From: Utricularia gibba
Lineage: Eukaryota > Plantae > Magnoliophyta
NCBI GenBank assembly: GCA_002189035.1
Contig: NEEC01000042.1
Location: 124,001-188,000, forward strand
Length of the DNA stretch: 64,000 bases
Direction: 5' to 3'
Shown here: positions 62,211 to 64,000 of the stretch, one piece after another
Layout of the letters: each line of letters starts with the position of its first letter
How positions within the stretch are numbered: position 1 is the stretch's first letter
Translations under genes and position numbers: made by a program
Notes under the pieces: model-generated
What the model was told of the DNA's origin: nothing
Databases searched by the model: none
The model's input: the letters and a program-made list of their open reading frames with translations, nothing else

Positions 62211-64000
62211 CTTGGTCCGAGCCCCTGATTCTTTATGGCTCATGAGGACAAAAGGATGCAAATCGATGAATACAATGATGCAATTGTTTAAATTACGATA
62301 TCACGTGCACCCTACATGATTTTTTCAACAACTTACTTTATACTTGAGGAGGTGGTCTTGGGGGCAAGAGGAACCGGACAAAGGTCAGCTTATGCTTGGG
62401 TCGAAAGTAAGTTGTAGCCTGACAAAGAAAGTGATCTATTTATTAACGTTCGGTTTTCGGGGCTACCTACATGGTTTTTCAAGGAACCGCTTCTCGTTTT
62501 GTGGCGGCCAGTCTCGCTGGGAACTTGGTCCTTTACCCCGATTCTGTATGGCTCATGAGGTCAACCGGATGCAAATCGAAGAAAAAAAAATGATGCATTT
62601 GTTTAAATTACGATATCACGTGCACCCTACATGATTTTTTCAACTTACTTTATACTTGGGGAGGCGGTCTTGGGGGTACCTGGAACTGGAAAAGGTCAGG
62701 TAGGCTTGGGCCGATAGTAAGTTGTAGCCCGACAAATAAAGTAATGTATTTATTATCGTTCGGTTTTCGGGGCTACCTACATGGTTTTTCAAGCCGCTTC
62801 TCGTTTTGTGGCGGCCAGTCTCGCTGGGAACTTGGTCCTTTACCCCGATTCTGTATGGCTCATGAGGTCAACCGGATGCAAATCGATTAAAAAAAATGAT
62901 GCATTTGTTTAAATTGCGATATGACGTGCACCCCAATGATTTTTTCAACAACTTACTTTATACTTGGGGGAGGCGGTCTTGGGTGCACCTGGAACGGGAC
63001 AAAGGTCAGCTTAGGCTTGGCCGAGAGTAAGTTGTAGCCCGACAAAGAAAGTGATGTATTTATTATCGTTCGGTTTTCGGGGGCTGCCTACATGGTTTTT
63101 CAAGGAACCGCTTCTCGTTTTGTGGCGGCCAGTCTCGCTGGAACTTGTCCTTGACCCGATTCTGTATGGCTCATGAGGTGATGCAATCGATTAAAAAATG
63201 ATGCATTTGTTTAAATTACGATATCGTGCACCCCACATGATTTTTTAAACAACTTTATACATGAGGAGGCAGTCTTGGGTGCATTTGGAACGGACAAAGG
63301 TAAGGTTTTGCTGCACCGAAAGTAAGTTGTAGCCCGCAAAGAAAGTGATGTATTTATTAACGTTCGGTTTTCAGGGTTGCCTACATGGTTTTCCAAGGAA
63401 AAGCTTTTCGTTTTGTGGCGGCCGCTCTCGCTGGGCACTTGGTCCGGGCCCCTGATTCTTTATGGCTCATGAGGACAAAAGGATGCAAATCGATGAAATA
63501 ATGATGCATTTGTTTAAATTACGATGTCGCGTGCACCCCAAATGATTTTTTTAACAACATACTTTATACATGAGGAGGCGGTCTTGGGGGGCACTGGAAC
63601 CGGAAAAAGATCAGCTTAGGCTTGGCCGAAAGTAAGTTGTAGCCCGGCAAAGAAAGTGATGTATTTATTATCGTTCGGTTTTTGGGGTTGCCTACATGGT
63701 TTTTCAAGGAACATCTTCTCGTTTTGTGGTGGCTAGTTTCGCTGGGAACTTGGTCCTTGACCCCGATTCTGTATGGCTCATGGGTCAACCGGATGCAAAT
63801 CGAAGAAAAAAAATGATGCATTTGTTTAAATTACGATATCACGTGCACCCTACATGATTTTTTCGACAACTTACTTTATACATGGGGAGGCGGTCTTGGG
63901 GGGTACCTGGAACCGGAAAATGGTCAGCTTAGGCTTGGGCCGATAGTAAGTTGTAGCCCGGCAAAGAAAGTGATGTATTTATTATCGTTCGGTTTTCGGG

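Larger units (their letters stand above)
53214..62656. repeat. Three tandem copies of a ~3149-bp HOR (10 monomer lengths) that includes the copia fragment: C, D2, H/A, B, [E/C+copia+A tail], J
   Basis: Unit starts at 53214, 56361, 59511, 62657; gag stops at 54714, 57863, 61012 (exactly 3149 bp apart). Confidence 0.95.
1..64000. repeat. Tandem satellite DNA array, ~314-bp monomer, about 180 head-to-tail copies, interrupted only by six copies of a copia fragment
   Basis: The motif TTTATAC(A/T)TG(A/G)GGAGG recurs at monomer starts 1, 314, 628, 2203, 2517, 2831, 3145, 3461 and on to the window end. Conserved blocks GTTGTAGCCCG, GTGATGTATTTATT, ATGATGCATTTGTTT and CACGTGCACCC occur in nearly every unit. 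No inverted copy was seen. Confidence 0.99.

Noticed and set aside
627-63821. Over 200 short ORFs (60-204 aa) in the satellite on both strands
   Set aside because: They are translations of the same monomer in frames shuffled by homopolymer length, often with non-ATG starts and no recognisable domain. Frame is not conserved between monomers.
1-64000. CRISPR array
   Set aside because: No short repeat with unique spacers; whole 314-bp units are homologous, there are no cas genes, and the context is eukaryotic.

Overview
Eukaryotic, almost certainly plant, heterochromatin. The whole 64 kb is one head-to-tail satellite array of about 180 monomers of ~313-316 bp, all in one orientation, with no host gene, RNA gene or CRISPR. 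Monomers fall into sequence types (A-F in the centre, plus D2, H, J and K variants) arranged in higher-order repeats (HORs) of changing period: 12-, 4-, 5/6/7-, 5- and 10-monomer lengths. Each monomer is itself a diverged dimer of a ~157-bp unit (79/156 ungapped identities by hand count). Six near-identical copies of one 1175-1178 bp fragment of a Ty1/copia LTR retrotransposon lie on the minus strand. Each has a 325-bp 5' LTR (TGTTG..CAACA), a tRNA-iMet PBS, a short leader and a 3'-truncated gag, but no pol, PPT, 3' LTR or TSD. All six share the same junctions and the same flanking lesions, so they derive from one insertion that was truncated and then amplified as part of the HOR. The element-bearing unit is 1572-1576 bp, i.e. 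five monomer lengths, so array register is kept. In 4 of 6 copies gag is open and takes its last codons and stop codon from the satellite. The centre (~13-45 kb) has many scattered small deletions and mosaic monomers that may partly be assembly error. All satellite ORFs in the track are regarded as spurious.
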